Below, piece by piece: positions 61,854 to 64,000 of a DNA stretch of 64,000 bases. The stretch is from positions 1,302,001 through 1,366,000 of the forward strand of contig NC_027216.1 in NCBI RefSeq assembly GCF_000981445.1, given 5' to 3'. The stretch's first letter is position 1. Each line of letters begins with the position of its first letter. Source of the stretch: Babesia bigemina (lineage: Eukaryota). The position numbers and the translations under genes are program-made. Under the pieces are notes generated by a model. The model had not been told where the DNA came from. It did not search any database and saw only the letters and a program-made list of their open reading frames with translations.

Positions 61854-62600
61854 TTATATCGTTTTCTGAGACACATTCCTCAAGGAATTCATAATTAGCG
61901 ATGCATACGAATCAGAGTCCGAGGCATCAAAATTTCGGATACTGCTTGGAGATAAGTCCAAAAGGTCACTGAATTTTAAACATTCACCCACTCCGTTGAA
62001 CTTAAAAGACAAGTTATTTGACGTAGCTAACGGCAGCGAGTAGCTCCGAGGCTCATCAGTGCCCGCGTTCGGCGCCGGCATGGAAAATTGTGAACGCAGG
62101 ATGGAATCCAATCTGCCATCAAGGAGATGTCTTCCATTATTCGTACCATTAATGGTCTTCAAGAATTGCTTTACGTTACCCCTGTAGTTTTTAATAATTG
62201 ACAAGTTTTTCGCGATATTGCTATTGAGCTTGTTGTGGCTACTGAGTACGGCTTCAATGTTGACGCGCCACAGATCCCATGTCCTTTCCCACGCAATCCA
62301 CAACAGCTGAGCAGCCATCTTCTCAGAGTCGTTGTTGTAGAAGGTACACTTTTGAGGGAAGCTACAAGCTCCCATCGATATCATCTTGCATTTACGGGTC
62401 TTATAGACAATGGGATGGAAAATAACCTCAAGCTTCGTATGCGCCAGAGGACACGAACCCTCTGTGCAGTTCTTAAGCAACGGACACTCTATCGGTAAAT
62501 AGAAATGCACATTTGGGTCCCTTCTTTTGAACTTGTTCGACAGGAAAGGGTGACTCCGAGCTGGATCGAAAGACTTAGTTACAAGAATATTTGAGGCCAT
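61854..62600 (-). CDS. Unkempt-like tandem CCCH zinc-finger protein, paralogue 2
   Basis: Highly similar to 56136-56817 over the N-terminal ~140 aa, with a divergent C-terminus. Confidence 0.8.
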   Translation of the reverse strand: MASNILVTKSFDPARSHPFLSNKFKRRDPNVHFYLPIECPLLKNCTEGSCPLAHTKLEVIFHPIVYKTRKCKMISMGACSFPQKCTFYNNDSEKMAAQLLWIAWERTWDLWRVNIEAVLSSHNKLNSNIAKNLSIIKNYRGNVKQFLKTINGTNNGRHLLDGRLDSILRSQFSMPAPNAGTDEPRSYSLPLATSNNLSFKFNGVGECLKFSDLLDLSPSSIRNFDASDSDSYASLIMNSLRNVSQKTI

Positions 62601-64000
62601 TTGTTATACAACATAACTCATAATATCTGTCTACATAAGTGCATCTGTTACAAATATTAAACTTTTGCTCATTGACAACAGAGACACTGGATAGCAAGGT
62701 CTACAGCAGCCTTCTTGCTATTATTGGTTTCATCTATTATAATTCCATCGATATTTTGGTTAAATGTGTGTGTATGTTTGTATGTACTGCGTTTTTTGGT
62801 TAAGATAAAGGAAGACTAGAAATCCACAGGTTCTCGACCTTCTGTCTGACGTGTGATGGTGTTGTAGAGATCATCGTGCGCGTGTGAGGCATAAACACAA
62901 AAAAACAATGGTAGTAGTATTGCGTGAAAGTATTTTCGGCATTTCACTGCTTTGTTCAGCCGACATCATATTGTGCAGTTTTGGTGTTACACAACGCATC
63001 GAATGGCAATTAAGAAGGCAGCAATAACTAGACGCATCCATATAATGGTATGCAGAGGACTATATCGAAGATATACAGCAATGTGCCCTGATAAGAGTGA
63101 AGTCTTTGTTGCGATTCTGTAATAATTGGCCCTGTAAACTTGTACCTCACGCCAAACGCCGGCATATATAAGCTAATAACATCGAAGTTGTAACATGCAG
63201 CAGATGATCAGAGCTCTCAACGCGATGACATATGGTCGCTGCGTAGTGTGCTCGAGGCTGATAATTGCGGGGACGTAATGTTGCTGCGGGGGGTCGGTAA
63301 ACCCACATTATTAAACGCTGATAGTTCTAACGTAAGGCTCACGTGAATCTCTGCACGGTAGAGCTATCATTTCATGGTTCAGCATGCTCCATAAATTTGT
63401 TTAAAAAGGATGTAAACGCGCGATCCTGTTATCTTTTTCTCAATGTACACCACAACCAAGCAGACGCCAAACAACAACTGCCAAGTTATCATTTTGCGCT
63501 TTTTAAAGCCGATATTACAGTTAAAAGCATATTATTAACGTAACGTAGTTTGCTGTTAGAGTCAAGATTAAAATTCCACAGCAAAACACAGTATAACAGA
63601 AAACGACTGCCAACTTACAATACATAGATTTGAGTGTCTTAATGCGATGAAATTCATTAGAGATGTGTTAATTACAAACAAGACATATAATTTGGCAAAC
63701 TACAGTACTATGCTGCGAAACTACCTAACTGTGATAAGCAACCACATTGCAGCCTCACATTGGAGGTACACACCCAATGGTTGGTACCATGCCTTTTACA
63801 TCGACGATACCAGACGATTCATCCGCCTTCTCTTTTGACAGTAACATGTGGATATCCACCAATGCCCTGCATTTATAAATTACGGCAACACATAACTTAC
63901 ACTTTTAGGCAATCTATGTAGTGCCTTCGACGCTGCAGCTGATCTCTGTCAAATAGTAATAAAAAGTCAGTACACACGCAGGCATTTAGTGGTTGAAACA

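Overview
Eukaryotic, intron-rich and gene-dense genomic DNA from a piroplasm apicomplexan. It is almost certainly Babesia sensu stricto, judging from a ves/VESA-family gene, 6-Cys s48/45 genes, apicoplast-type leaders and ~33-40 nt GT-AG introns. About 30 genes were reconstructed by hand-splicing. They include a P5 ATPase, DEAD helicase, RPL31, SCY1-like protein, ADF, SR protein, prefoldin 3, TPPP/p25alpha, OSCP, SANT protein, apicoplast EF-P, cyclin-like protein, SAC/FIG4 phosphatase, COX19, CwfJ, NOC2, Pol delta, exosome RNase PH subunit, Sec61beta, CLP1, mitochondrial uL4 and two CCCH zinc-finger paralogues. Highlights: (1) a ~1290-aa apicoplast-leader protein with a divergent cyanobacterial/plastid-type sigma-70 core; (2) the rare long introns carry closing helices that leave ~29-38 unpaired nt, matching the canonical short-intron size, and one may also host a C/D snoRNA; (3) an 896-bp near-identical duplicated element with an unannotated spliced ORF, inside a twice-repeated [element]-[housekeeping gene]-[CCCH gene] module; (4) a surface-antigen island (20.8-27.4 kb) with a ves-like gene, a 6-Cys pseudogene and an intact single-domain 6-Cys gene. 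All exon boundaries are manual inferences and no database searches were run.
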